DNA of 64,000 nt from Dehalococcoidia bacterium. Its GTDB lineage: Bacteria > Chloroflexota > Dehalococcoidia > UBA6926. The notes under the pieces were generated by a model. The model searched no databases and was not told the origin of the DNA. It saw nothing but the letters and a program-made list of their open reading frames with translations. The stretch is from the NCBI GenBank assembly GCA_963666115.2, contig CAXXET010000004.1:64001-128000 (forward strand), read 5' to 3'. Each line of letters begins with the position of its first letter. Positions within the stretch are counted from its first letter, which is position 1. The position numbers were made by a program, and so were the translations under genes. Shown here piece by piece: positions 53,071 to 62,506 of the stretch.

Positions 53071-53961
53071 ATGACCACCACATACGAAAACATCCTGTAT
53101 GAGCCGCAGAGGAACGGCGTCCTCATCACGCTCAACCGCCCTGAGGCCATGAACTCCCTCAGCGTCGAACTCCGCGCCGACTTGAACACCGCCCTCGATG
53201 AGGCCGAGCAGGACGATGCGGTCCGCTACATCGTGCTCACCGGCGCGGGCCGTGCCTTCTCCGCCGGCGCCAACATGCGCGGCTCACGCGACGGCTCCCT
53301 CCCGCCCGTCGTCTGGCCTTACGGCCTCCGCGAAGGCCAGTCCGTCGCCGAATTCCTGGACTCCTGGCGCACGGGCGACCACAACGGCATCCGCGACCAG
53401 ATGCGGCGCTGGGAGTATCCCAAGCCCATCATCGGCGCCATCAACGGCTGGGCGCTCGGCGCGGCCTCCTGGCTCGCCCTCACAACCCACATCACCATCG
53501 CCTCTGAGAACGCCGTCTTTGGCCAGCCGGAGGTGCGCCACATCTCCAACACCAACTTCATCTGGGTGCTGCTCGCGGGCTACAAGAACGCCCTCCGCTA
53601 CGCCCTCACCGGCGACCACATCGACGCGCAGGAGGCCCTCCGCATCGGCCTCGTCAACAAGGTCGTTCCGCACGACGGTCTGCTCGAAGAGTGCTTCTAC
53701 ATTGGCGAGCGCATCGCGCTGGTCTCCCCCGAAACCGTCAAGATCAACCTGCACGTCGCCACGATGGGCCTCGAAATGATGGGGCTCGACAAGGCGTGGA
53801 AGCTCAACGCCGAGCTTGCCGCCCTCGCCCACACCTCCCAGCGCGAGGATTTTAAGCGCCATCTGGACGATGCCAACGAGAAGGGCGGCCTCCGCAGCTA
53901 CATTGAAACCCGCGACGCCCCGTTCCAGCCGGAGCCCTTCGGCCCCCGCGCCCGCCGTTAA
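53071..53961 (+). CDS. Enoyl-CoA hydratase/isomerase
   Basis: ITLNRPEAMNSL, GRAFSAGAN, PKPIIGAING, FGQPEV; AGGAGG RBS. Confidence 0.92.
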   Translation: MTTTYENILYEPQRNGVLITLNRPEAMNSLSVELRADLNTALDEAEQDDAVRYIVLTGAGRAFSAGANMRGSRDGSLPPVVWPYGLREGQSVAEFLDSWRTGDHNGIRDQMRRWEYPKPIIGAINGWALGAASWLALTTHITIASENAVFGQPEVRHISNTNFIWVLLAGYKNALRYALTGDHIDAQEALRIGLVNKVVPHDGLLEECFYIGERIALVSPETVKINLHVATMGLEMMGLDKAWKLNAELAALAHTSQREDFKRHLDDANEKGGLRSYIETRDAPFQPEPFGPRARR

Positions 53962-55816
53962 CCCCGGCCGTCGAAAGCTGCCCCAGCAAGCGGTCTAGCA
54001 GGCAGAGAGGAAGCCCCACGACGTTGAGATAGCACCCGTCAAGTTCCGCGACGGGGCGGAACTCCGGGTGCTGGATTCCGTACGCGCCCGCCTTGTCGAA
54101 CGGGTCTCCGCTGGCGATATAGCCCTCTATTTCGTCGTCCGTGTAGTCGCGCATCCGCCCCGCCGTGACCTCATGCCCAACGATTGGGGCTGCATCATTG
54201 CCGGGCGGAACGACGGCAATCGCCGTGATGACGTGGTGCTCTCCTTCCCTTAACGCGCGAAGCATCTCGCGCGCCTCATCCGAATCCCGGGGCTTGTTCA
54301 GGATTCGGCCATCCGGGGCGACGACCACCGTATCCGCGCCAACGACGGGAACTATTGCCCCTTCACCCGCCACGGATTGCGCCTTTCTCAAGGCAAGGTT
54401 CTCGGCGTACGCGGCTGGAGATTCTTCGCTTTCGCTCAGAATGACAGAATCGGCATCAGAGCTTTCGATGTTGCGCGCCGGCGCAAGCGCCACGAATGGC
54501 GCGCCGTGCTCGCTGAGAATCTCGCGCCGCCGCGATGACGTGGAGGCCAAGATGAAGCCGCCCGCCCCCATCCTCTCCAGCGTCGAAACGCTTTCAATAT
54601 GATACGTGTGCGGAAACATATCGACGGGTGTGACATCGGTCAGCGCGTAGCCGCCCGGAATCAGGCCGTTCAGGTCGCGGGCAAGAGTCGCAGGGTCGCA
54701 GGAAACATACACGACGCGGCGCGGCTGCATCCGAACAATCGCGTCGATGACCTCCGGATAGCACCCCGCGCGCGGCGGATCGAGAATCACGGCGTCCACC
54801 CGCTCATTGAGCTCCGGCAGCGCCTCCTCCGTCTTGGCCATGACCATCTCAACGTTGGGAAACGGCGAAAGATTAACCTCCGCGTCGCGCACCGCTGCGG
54901 CGGACTCCTCGATGGCAATGACGCGCCCCACCATCGGCGCGATGAGCGCGGCAATCGTCCCAACTCCGGCGTAGGCGTCAACAATCGTGTCTGAAGACGT
55001 GGGTTGGAGCCGGTCCCGAACCAGGGCCGTCATGCGCTCGGCCTGCGCCGTGTTCACCTGGAAAAACGACGCAGCAGACACCCTGAACGGCACGTTGAAA
55101 AGCCGCTCCTCATAGGATTCCTGCCCAGTCTCCACACCCCGCTCATTCCCGCGCCCGTCAAGCGCCGGGTGTATGAGAATCTCCCCCGTGTTGCGTCCAA
55201 TCCGCACGGCAAGCTGCCGCTCGCGCTTGGTCAGCGCGCCGTCCAGCGCGCGCTTGATGTCGTTGATGCGCGCGTCCATGATCAGGCACTCGTCGATAGG
55301 CTCGAACCGATGCGTATGCCAATGCGTGAACCCGGCAGTGCCCTCGCGCCGTACGGTAAATCGGGCATTGTTGCGGTAATTCCACGGATTCTCGGCGGAC
55401 AGCATAGGACGAACCGACGGCTCAACGATATGCCCGATACGGCGGAGTTGATCCGCCACAACACCCGCCTTGATCCTGCCCTGCTCGTCATAGGAGATAT
55501 GTTGGAGTTGGCAGCCGCCGCACGCGCCAAAGTGCGGACATCGCGGCTCGACGCGCTCCGGTGATGCCCGCAAGACCTCAACCACTTCCGCCACGATATA
55601 AGTCGGATGCTCCTCCCGCACCTCGACAACCACCCGCTCGCCCGCGATGCCGTAGGACGCCAGCACAATCTTGCCGTCGTCGCGCCGCCCCACCGCCTCG
55701 CCCTGGTGTCCGGCGCGCTCAAGCTCAACCGTGAGCCGCTGCGCCGGGCCGTCCGGGGCGGGAGTCCTGCCGCCTCGCGGCGGAAAGCGTCGGTGTTTCT
55801 TTCTGCTGGCCTTCAT
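53852..55816 (-). CDS. rlmD: RlmD/TrmA-family RNA m5U methyltransferase fused to a Maf nucleotide pyrophosphatase
   Basis: TRAM-like N-terminus, CPHFGACGGC, SFFQVN, DPPRAG, YVSCDPATLARD, DMFPHTYHIE; then in frame ILASTSSRR, GADTVV, KAGAYGIQ, NVVGLPL. Confidence 0.88.
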   Translation of the reverse strand: MKASRKKHRRFPPRGGRTPAPDGPAQRLTVELERAGHQGEAVGRRDDGKIVLASYGIAGERVVVEVREEHPTYIVAEVVEVLRASPERVEPRCPHFGACGGCQLQHISYDEQGRIKAGVVADQLRRIGHIVEPSVRPMLSAENPWNYRNNARFTVRREGTAGFTHWHTHRFEPIDECLIMDARINDIKRALDGALTKRERQLAVRIGRNTGEILIHPALDGRGNERGVETGQESYEERLFNVPFRVSAASFFQVNTAQAERMTALVRDRLQPTSSDTIVDAYAGVGTIAALIAPMVGRVIAIEESAAAVRDAEVNLSPFPNVEMVMAKTEEALPELNERVDAVILDPPRAGCYPEVIDAIVRMQPRRVVYVSCDPATLARDLNGLIPGGYALTDVTPVDMFPHTYHIESVSTLERMGAGGFILASTSSRRREILSEHGAPFVALAPARNIESSDADSVILSESEESPAAYAENLALRKAQSVAGEGAIVPVVGADTVVVAPDGRILNKPRDSDEAREMLRALREGEHHVITAIAVVPPGNDAAPIVGHEVTAGRMRDYTDDEIEGYIASGDPFDKAGAYGIQHPEFRPVAELDGCYLNVVGLPLCLLDRLLGQLSTAGVNGGRGGRRAPAGTGRRGFQCSCGGRPSRWHRPDGA

Positions 55817-55899
55817 GGTCGTGACGATTAGCGTAGCACGGCATGTGCTAAAATTTACGAAGCACAAAGCGGCGGATTTGGGTGGGGGGACAGCGATCC

Positions 55900-57141
55900 G
55901 TGGCAAATATCATATTTGGGGTGGGGGACCGCCGCGACCTTGATCGCGCGGCGGAAGAAGGCAACACGCCGTTCGACGGCATGTACGCGGCGACGGAAGA
56001 CGGCTTCTGGGCTCTGCGCCAGCGGCTCATCGAGGAAAAGGAGCCCTCCGGAGTAGCAGTGATGATCTCGCCGGGGGATCGTATTCCCCGCGTCCGGCTC
56101 ATTGAAGAGCTGCTGCGCCTGGAGGCGATGGGCGTGGAACTGGTCTCCGTGGAAAAGGCGGGGCATCCGCTGGAAATCGCCCTTGTGCCGGAGAATGGCG
56201 CGGAGCCGTCAGACCGGGGGCAGGTCATCCGGCAGAGCATGGCGCGCAAGGCGCTGCGCGGCGTCGTCCTGGGACGGATTCCGTATGGCTACAAGACGGG
56301 CGACCGCGGCCAGTTGGAAGAACACCCGGAGGAAGCGACCGTCGTCAAGATCATCTTTGGGCTTGCGGCGCAAAGCAAGGGCATTCGCGCCATCGCGGCG
56401 GAACTCAATTCGCGCGGGCTGCGAACGCGCCGGGGCGGAGCCTGGAGCATCGTCACCATCCGCGACATGCTGCGCAACCGCGTCTACACCGGCGCCTACA
56501 ACCGGTTTGGCGCGCGCGTCGCCGGCAACCACCCTGCCCTCGTCGAAGCCACGCTGTTCAGGGAAATCCAGGACCGGCTGGATGAGCGGGCAAAGCGCGC
56601 CGGCTACGGAGTCGGCAGACCATACCTCTTGTCCGGCGCCGCAACCTGCGGCGCATGCGGCAGCAACATGGTGGGCGTCACGCGCCGCCAATCATGGACG
56701 CGAAACGACGGCTCCTCGGGTTCCAACACGTATCGCTATTACCAGTGCGAGGCCGCGACGAACCAGGGGCGCTGCTCGTACCACACCCGGCGCGCGCGGG
56801 AGCTGGACGCAGCGATCCTGGCGCGGATCGGCCTGGACGGGATTGCCTCCCGGATCGAGGCGGCAGTCGATTTGCGAATAAGCAATCTCGCCAGGGAAGC
56901 GGCAAAGGGGCGCACCCCGGCAGAGGATATTCGATCGACGGCGCAGCTCCTGTTCCACGAGGCGGGCAGGCTGCGAGACGCCACCCGCACCCATGGCAGC
57001 GCGACAACCGCAATCGAATCGCTCCTGCAACTAACGGACGAGGACATGGCCCTCCACTCCCTCCTGCGAGACGTAGTCCTCCTGGGCGTATCCCGCATAG
57101 TAGTAGGAGAAAAAGACGCCCGCGTAACCCTGCGGAAGTGA
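55900..57141 (+). CDS. Large serine recombinase-family protein with an unrecognisable catalytic domain
   Basis: PYGY, IAAELN, MLRNRVYTG, HPALV, YLLSG..CGACG..YYQC..C zinc ribbon; no YxRxS motif in the N-terminus. Confidence 0.75.
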   Translation: MANIIFGVGDRRDLDRAAEEGNTPFDGMYAATEDGFWALRQRLIEEKEPSGVAVMISPGDRIPRVRLIEELLRLEAMGVELVSVEKAGHPLEIALVPENGAEPSDRGQVIRQSMARKALRGVVLGRIPYGYKTGDRGQLEEHPEEATVVKIIFGLAAQSKGIRAIAAELNSRGLRTRRGGAWSIVTIRDMLRNRVYTGAYNRFGARVAGNHPALVEATLFREIQDRLDERAKRAGYGVGRPYLLSGAATCGACGSNMVGVTRRQSWTRNDGSSGSNTYRYYQCEAATNQGRCSYHTRRARELDAAILARIGLDGIASRIEAAVDLRISNLAREAAKGRTPAEDIRSTAQLLFHEAGRLRDATRTHGSATTAIESLLQLTDEDMALHSLLRDVVLLGVSRIVVGEKDARVTLRK

Positions 57142-57145
57142 TGGC

Positions 57146-57652
57146 ATGAGCGGAACAATTCAAAGCGAGAGAATTGGCGCAAGCGAGACAGCGCCGCCCT
57201 CCCGGATGTCCGACGAGGAACGCGAGGAGCACGTCCGAAAGCTGCGCGCAATTCTAGACAAGGAGCGCCTAACCCGCGAGGACGGGCTGGTCGGCATGCG
57301 TCACTGTGCATTGTTGACCCATGACGATTTCTATAGCCTGCCGATGGATGTCGGGCTGGAACCGTTGTCCCGGCTCTTCAAGGCTGCCATCGGGAAAGCC
57401 CCGGGATCGTACAAGTCGAATACGACCATAGAGGTTGCCGATGAGCCGCTGCCCGCCACCGCTTACGAGGTTTGGTATCTTCGCGGCGTGCTAATCCGAC
57501 TGAGCGTTGACGGGGAGATCGTGTCGCTGACCGTATATCCGCAGAAGATGCGGAGAATCAAGGAAATGATGAAGTACGTCGGCAGCATCAAGGGCGGCCC
57601 GACGGACATGTCGATCAACCACGACTCCTATTGGGACGCGGAGTGGGACTAG
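57146..57652 (+). CDS. Probable antitoxin, unusually long (168 aa)
   Basis: C-terminal GGPTDMSINHDSY resembles tails of PIN-associated antitoxins; lies directly upstream of a PIN gene. Confidence 0.55.
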   Translation: MSGTIQSERIGASETAPPSRMSDEEREEHVRKLRAILDKERLTREDGLVGMRHCALLTHDDFYSLPMDVGLEPLSRLFKAAIGKAPGSYKSNTTIEVADEPLPATAYEVWYLRGVLIRLSVDGEIVSLTVYPQKMRRIKEMMKYVGSIKGGPTDMSINHDSYWDAEWD

Positions 57653-57671
57653 AACGGGTCGCCAATCGGAC

Positions 57672-58085
57672 ATGGAAACAATCGTCATCGATACGTCGGC
57701 CCTCTTTGCCCTGTTGCGAGAGGATGACTTGTTCCACGAGGCAGCGCGCGACCTCTTTGACCCCTACTCCGCAAGGGGAGCCCAGATCGTCACAACGTCA
57801 TATGCGCTTGTAGAAGCTATTGCCCTGGCGCATAGGAGGCGTGGGTTCGATGAAGCGCGCCGACTGATCAACTTCGCGGAGCAGGAGATCACCGTCGTCG
57901 CGATGAATGAGGACTCCCACACAGCCGCTGTGGAACGCTACATCGACGCGCAAGGACAATCACTGAGCCTCGTTGACTGGACGCTTGTACTGCTCGCGCG
58001 AAACGTGGGCGCGCGAGTGTTTACCTTTGATCGAAACATATCTGGACACGGCGTCACCGTCATGCCGGAATCCACTAACAGGTAG
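57672..58085 (+). CDS. vapC: PIN-domain VapC-family toxin
   Basis: IDTSALFALL..D..H..LVE..LSLVD..VFTFD. Confidence 0.9.
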   Translation: METIVIDTSALFALLREDDLFHEAARDLFDPYSARGAQIVTTSYALVEAIALAHRRRGFDEARRLINFAEQEITVVAMNEDSHTAAVERYIDAQGQSLSLVDWTLVLLARNVGARVFTFDRNISGHGVTVMPESTNR

Positions 58086-58123
58086 TCAGCTATGGCTGAG
58101 CAATCGTCACACAGGGGTAGCCC

Positions 58124-58699
58124 ATGATCATAGGCCTAATCTCAGACACCCACGTCCCGGAAGCCCCCCTCCCCCTCCCCGACACCGCCCTGGAAATCTT
58201 CACCGGCGCGGGAGCCGAGTTCATCCTCCACGCCGGAGACATCTACAGCCCCTCCTGCCTCGATGACCTCGAACGCGCCGCCCCCGTCTACGCCTGCGAA
58301 GGGAACGGCGATTTCTTCCGTAAAATCACAGACCCGCGCATTGAACGAACCCGCGTGATGGAGGTCGAGGGCTTCTCCATCGGCCTCACGCACGGCCTCG
58401 CCATCCCGGAGTTCCCGCCGCATCGCACAATCGAGACCGTGATGGATCACGAATTCAGCCGCGCCGTAGACATCATCGTCTTTGGAGACACGCACACGGA
58501 GGAGGTCGTCACGGTCAGGGACGTGTTGTGCGTGAACCCCGGCAGCCCAACCCTGCCCCACAACCTCGACCACCTGGTCGGCACCGTAGGGCTGCTTGAA
58601 CTGAATCACGGGCAAGAGCCGAAGGTCCGCATCATCCGCCTGGAAACCCTGGAAGAGCTGGACATGGACAATCCCGTCAAATGGTGGAGCGTCAGATAG
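58124..58699 (+). CDS. YfcE/MJ0936-family metallophosphoesterase
   Basis: ISDTH, HAGD, GNGD, THG, FGDTH, NPGS. Confidence 0.9.
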   Translation: MIIGLISDTHVPEAPLPLPDTALEIFTGAGAEFILHAGDIYSPSCLDDLERAAPVYACEGNGDFFRKITDPRIERTRVMEVEGFSIGLTHGLAIPEFPPHRTIETVMDHEFSRAVDIIVFGDTHTEEVVTVRDVLCVNPGSPTLPHNLDHLVGTVGLLELNHGQEPKVRIIRLETLEELDMDNPVKWWSVR

Positions 58700-58718
58700 G
58701 GATGCTCGGGCCGTCAGC

Positions 58719-58748
58719 TTGACCGACGGCGGGCGCGCCGCGTATCAT
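58719..58748 (+). promoter_or_regulatory. Putative promoter of the rplU operon
   Basis: TTGACC (58719-58724), 18-nt spacer, TATCAT (58743-58748). Confidence 0.55.
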
Positions 58749-58786
58749 TGATGCCACTTTCGCCACACGATCCACGAGGTGTTTCC

Positions 58787-59104
58787 ATCAACTACGCAAT
58801 CGTCCAGACGGGCGGCAAGCAATACCGCGTGTCCCCCGGCCAGAGGGTTTCTGTGGAGAAGCTCGACGCCGAGGAGGGGGAGATCATTGAGCTTGACCAG
58901 GTTCTGATGATCACCAACGACGGCGACATCGCCGTTGGAACCCCCACAATCGACGGGGCGAAGGTAATCGCGGAGGTCGAAAAGCAGGGCAAGGACAAGA
59001 AGATCGTCGTCTTCAAGTACAAGTCCAAGGTGCGGTATCGACGCAAGCGCGGCCACCGGCAGCGCATCACGGAACTGCTCGTGCGGGAGATCGTGCCGTC
59101 ATAG
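58787..59104 (+). CDS. rplU: 50S ribosomal protein L21 (probable ATC start)
   Basis: [25 protein letters not shown]; GAGGT at 58776-58780 precedes ATC 58787. Confidence 0.93.
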   Translation: MNYAIVQTGGKQYRVSPGQRVSVEKLDAEEGEIIELDQVLMITNDGDIAVGTPTIDGAKVIAEVEKQGKDKKIVVFKYKSKVRYRRKRGHRQRITELLVREIVPS

Positions 59105-59147
59105 GCCGCGCAAGCCGGAACGTCAGGCAGCAAAGGACACAGAAACA

Positions 59148-59408
59148 ATGGCGCATAAGAAGGGCGGCGGAACCACTCGGAACGGTCGCGACAGCCAGGG
59201 GCAGCGGCTCGGCGTGAAGCGCTACGACGGCGAGGCCGTCCGCGCGGGAACAATCATCCTGCGGCAGCGCGGAACCAGGATATTTGAGGGGACGAACGTC
59301 GGGCGTGGTCGTGATTTCACCCTCTATTCCCTGATCGACGGCACGGTCAAGTTTGAGCATCAGACCCGCGCCAAGAAGCGCGTCAGCGTCTATCCGGTCG
59401 AAGCGTAG
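59148..59408 (+). CDS. rpmA: 50S ribosomal protein L27
   Basis: [24 protein letters not shown]. Confidence 0.97.
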   Translation: MAHKKGGGTTRNGRDSQGQRLGVKRYDGEAVRAGTIILRQRGTRIFEGTNVGRGRDFTLYSLIDGTVKFEHQTRAKKRVSVYPVEA

Positions 59409-59438
59409 CAGCGCCGTTCAAGTGCGGAGAACATCACC

Positions 59439-59666
59439 ATGAAGCCGGGAATCCACCCTGAGTACCACCGGACAAGCGTAACCTGCGCGTGCGGAACCTC
59501 GTGGACCACGGGCGGCACAACGCCTGAGATTCGCATAGACGTGTGCAACACGTGCCATCCGTTCTTCACCGGCCAGCAGCGCATCGTCGATACCCTGGGC
59601 CGCGTGGAGCGCCTGCGCCGCCGCTACGCCCAGGCCACCCAGCAGCAGGGGCGTCCCAACGACTAG
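59439..59666 (+). CDS. rpmE: 50S ribosomal protein L31, Zn-binding form
   Basis: MKPGIHPEY..CACG..CNTCHPFFTG. Confidence 0.97.
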   Translation: MKPGIHPEYHRTSVTCACGTSWTTGGTTPEIRIDVCNTCHPFFTGQQRIVDTLGRVERLRRRYAQATQQQGRPND

Positions 59667-60558
59667 CACCTACGGCGGCCAGGCCCTCATCGAGGGCGTG
59701 ATGATCCGCGGCCAAACCTGCGTCAGCATGGCCGTGCGCCGCCCGAACGGCGAGATCCTTGTCGAAACGCAGCCCATCGGCTGGCGCTGGGCGCGAACGA
59801 TCCGCCGCATTCCGTTCGTCCGGGGCGTGATCGTCCTGAGCGAAATGCTCGTCGTCGGCACGCGCGCCCTCATCTTCTCCGCCAACGTCGCCTCCGAGGA
59901 AGAGAGTGATGCCACTGCGGAAAAAGGCCCGGGCGGCCTATCATCGTGGGCCGTCGCCGGTTCGATCGGCGTCAGCCTGCTCCTCGCCATCGCAATCTTC
60001 TTCGCAACGCCCGTCTTTGCAACGCGCCTCGTTGATTCGCTGATCGAAACGTCCAACCTCTGGAGCAACATCATCGAGGGCATAATTCGCCTCCTCATGT
60101 TCGTCGCATATATCGTGCTGATCGGCCTCATGCCGGACATCCGCCGCGTCTTCGCCTACCACGGCGCAGAGCACATGACCATCCACGCGCGGGAGCACGG
60201 CCAGCCGCTCGACACCCAGTCAATTCGCCAATACGGCACCGCGCATCCGCGCTGCGGCACGGCGTTCATTCTGGTCGTCCTCGTCGTGGCAATCATCGTC
60301 CACGTCTTTTGGACGCCCCCCGGGCTGATCGACAGAGTCATCTCGCGGGTCGTCGTGCTGCCCCTCATTGCGGGCCTGAGCTACGAAATCATCCGGTTCA
60401 GCGGGTTCCACGCCAACAACATCCTCGTCAAGGCAATCATCTGGCCAAACCTCCTCCTGCAGGCGCTAACAACCCGCCAGCCGGACGACGACCAGATCGA
60501 AGTGGCCGTCAGGGCATTGGAGGGCGCGTTGGCAGAGGATCAGCGCGTCGCGGCGTAG
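59659..60558 (+). CDS. DUF1385 (YqhQ-like) membrane protein; start uncertain (ACG 59659 or GTG 59698)
   Basis: YGGQALIEGVMIRG from 59671, YHGAEH, HPRCGT, LQALTTRQPDDDQIEVA. Confidence 0.85.
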   Translation, partial: TTSTYGGQALIEGVMIRGQTCVSMAVRRPNGEILVETQPIGWRWARTIRRIPFVRGVIVLSEMLVVGTRALIFSANVASEEESDATAEKGPGGLSSWAVAGSIGVSLLLAIAIFFATPVFATRLVDSLIETSNLWSNIIEGIIRLLMFVAYIVLIGLMPDIRRVFAYHGAEHMTIHAREHGQPLDTQSIRQYGTAHPRCGTAFILVVLVVAIIVHVFWTPPGLIDRVISRVVVLPLIAGLSYEIIRFSGFHANNILVKAIIWPNLLLQALTTRQPDDDQIEVAVRALEGALAEDQRVAA

Positions 60559-60590
60559 GCGTGTATTGTTGGGGTGAGGCGTAGGAGTGA

Positions 60591-62282
60591 GTGATGCCCT
60601 GGTCACGGATAGTCGGCGGTGCGGCGGCGGGAGCGATGGTGACGGCGCCATTGATGGCGCTGTTCTACCTGGCGAACAAGCTCTTTGAACTGCCCTTCCC
60701 GCCCTATGACCTCTTCGACTGGATAACGCGCGTCCTGCCCGGGCCGCTTGTCACGTTCGGCCTGGACCTCTTCATTGACGGCATGATCCTCGTCGGGCTG
60801 GACGTGGCGGACACGGCCAAGACGGCGGAGTTGGCCATCGCCCTGCTCCAGTTCTTTGCCATGGACGTGGCCCTGATCACTCTGGTCGCGGTCGTCGCCC
60901 CCGCCCTCACCCTTAACCTGCGCCGGACCGCCTTCTACGCCGGCGTCGCCAACGGCCTCGCATTGTCAGCCGTGTCCCTTGCCATCGGCGGCTCCACCCT
61001 GCCCGCGCTCGCCAGCGTCGTCTGGATAACGGGCGCCTACGCCCTGTGGGGCTATGCCGCCGGCCACGTTCTGGAGGGGATCCTGCCGCAGCCCGTCCCT
61101 GAAGAGGAACCGCCCGTCGTTGAAACCCGGCAATACCAGGAGGAGTCCGCGCAGCCGACCTGGGGCAAGGACGGCGGCATGAATCGCCGCGAGTTTATCG
61201 TCCGCGTGGGCGGCGCCGCAGCCGTCATCACGGTCGCGGGATCGGTGACGGGCAATCTGATTGGCAATGCGGGCAGTGGCGGTTCAAAGATCACGATGCC
61301 CGAAGGAATGGATGAGGAGTTGATGGCAGGAGGCGTCACGTCGTTCCCAAACGACGGCGATCCCGTCCTGCCCGCCCCCGGCACGCGCGCCGAGTACACC
61401 CCCGTCGAAGACCACTACCGCATCTTCATCCGCACCACACATACGGTAATCGACGGCGCATCATGGACGCTGCCAATCTCCGGCCTCGTCGCAAATCCCG
61501 TTGACCTGTCCATCGAGGACATCCGCGACAACTACGAGCCCCGCAGCCAATTCATCACGCTCTCCTGCATCTCCAACCGCGTCGGCGGCCCGCTCATCAG
61601 CACAACGCAATGGACGGGCGCGAGCTTCAAGGACATCCTGGCGGACGTCCAGCCGCTGCCCGGCGCGCGCTACGTCAACATCGAATGCGGCGACGGCTTC
61701 CATGAGATCGTCGATTTGGAGATGATCAACGCGGATGAGCGCATCATGCTCGCGTATTCATGGGATGAAAGGCCGATACCAGTCGAGCACGGTTTCCCGC
61801 TCCGCATCTGGCTCCCGGACCGCTACGGGATGAAACAGCCGAAGTGGATTACCAACATGACCGTCCAGGAGGAATACACGCCCGGCTACTGGGTCGCGCG
61901 CCAGTGGGACGAGGTCGCCCGCGTGCGCGCCACCTCCGTCGTTGACACAATATCCGACGAAGCAGTTTTCGAGCGTGACGGCCAGACGCTCGTTCCGGTT
62001 GGCGGCATCGCCTACGCCGGCGCGCGCGGCATCTCGCGCGTTGAGGTCAGCGTGGACAACGGCGCATGGCAGCCTGCCCAGCTGCGGGCGCCGCTTTCAG
62101 ACACGACCTGGGTGATCTGGCGCTACGACTGGCCGTTTGAGGCGGGCAACCACAGGATGCGCGTCCGCTGCTACGAGGCCGACGGCACTCCCCAGATCGA
62201 GGCCCAGATGGGCAATCGTCCGAGCGGCGCGACGGGCATTCACCAACAGTCCAAAGTCGTGCGGGAGCAGAACGCTGGATGA
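60591..62282 (+). CDS. Sulfite-oxidase-family molybdoenzyme with N-terminal TM domain and internal twin-arginine motif
   Basis: About 5 TM helices, NRREFI, TLSCISNRVGG, HGFPLR, YGMKQPKW, Ig-like dimerisation domain. Confidence 0.88.
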   Translation: MMPWSRIVGGAAAGAMVTAPLMALFYLANKLFELPFPPYDLFDWITRVLPGPLVTFGLDLFIDGMILVGLDVADTAKTAELAIALLQFFAMDVALITLVAVVAPALTLNLRRTAFYAGVANGLALSAVSLAIGGSTLPALASVVWITGAYALWGYAAGHVLEGILPQPVPEEEPPVVETRQYQEESAQPTWGKDGGMNRREFIVRVGGAAAVITVAGSVTGNLIGNAGSGGSKITMPEGMDEELMAGGVTSFPNDGDPVLPAPGTRAEYTPVEDHYRIFIRTTHTVIDGASWTLPISGLVANPVDLSIEDIRDNYEPRSQFITLSCISNRVGGPLISTTQWTGASFKDILADVQPLPGARYVNIECGDGFHEIVDLEMINADERIMLAYSWDERPIPVEHGFPLRIWLPDRYGMKQPKWITNMTVQEEYTPGYWVARQWDEVARVRATSVVDTISDEAVFERDGQTLVPVGGIAYAGARGISRVEVSVDNGAWQPAQLRAPLSDTTWVIWRYDWPFEAGNHRMRVRCYEADGTPQIEAQMGNRPSGATGIHQQSKVVREQNAG

Positions 62283-62464
62283 GCGCCACCGAAGATCAGA
62301 TAACTCACGTGGTCCAGGCCATGAGCAGCGCAACCATCTCCTGTCCGGACTGCAAAACGCGCATCCGCTACGGCGACTACGAATGTCCCCGCTGCGGCAA
62401 TGACATCGAGGAACAACTCCGGGCGTGGGCGGCATGGATGCTTGAGCCGCTGGACGATCTCTAA
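62279..62464 (+). CDS. Small zinc-ribbon protein
   Basis: CPDC..CPRC; ATGA overlap with the upstream gene. Confidence 0.7.
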   Translation: MSATEDQITHVVQAMSSATISCPDCKTRIRYGDYECPRCGNDIEEQLRAWAAWMLEPLDDL

Positions 62465-62490
62465 CTGGCCGAACGACGCCGCAGCGTCCA

Positions 62491-62506
62491 ATACGCATAT
62501 GCGTAT
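62491..62506. promoter_or_regulatory. Perfect 16-bp palindrome, candidate operator
   Basis: ATACGCATATGCGTAT in an AT-richer intergenic region. Confidence 0.45.

Noticed and set aside
55900-58085. Prophage or integrative element around the recombinase
   Set aside because: No phage, conjugation or replication genes and no att-like direct repeats seen; flanks are housekeeping genes.
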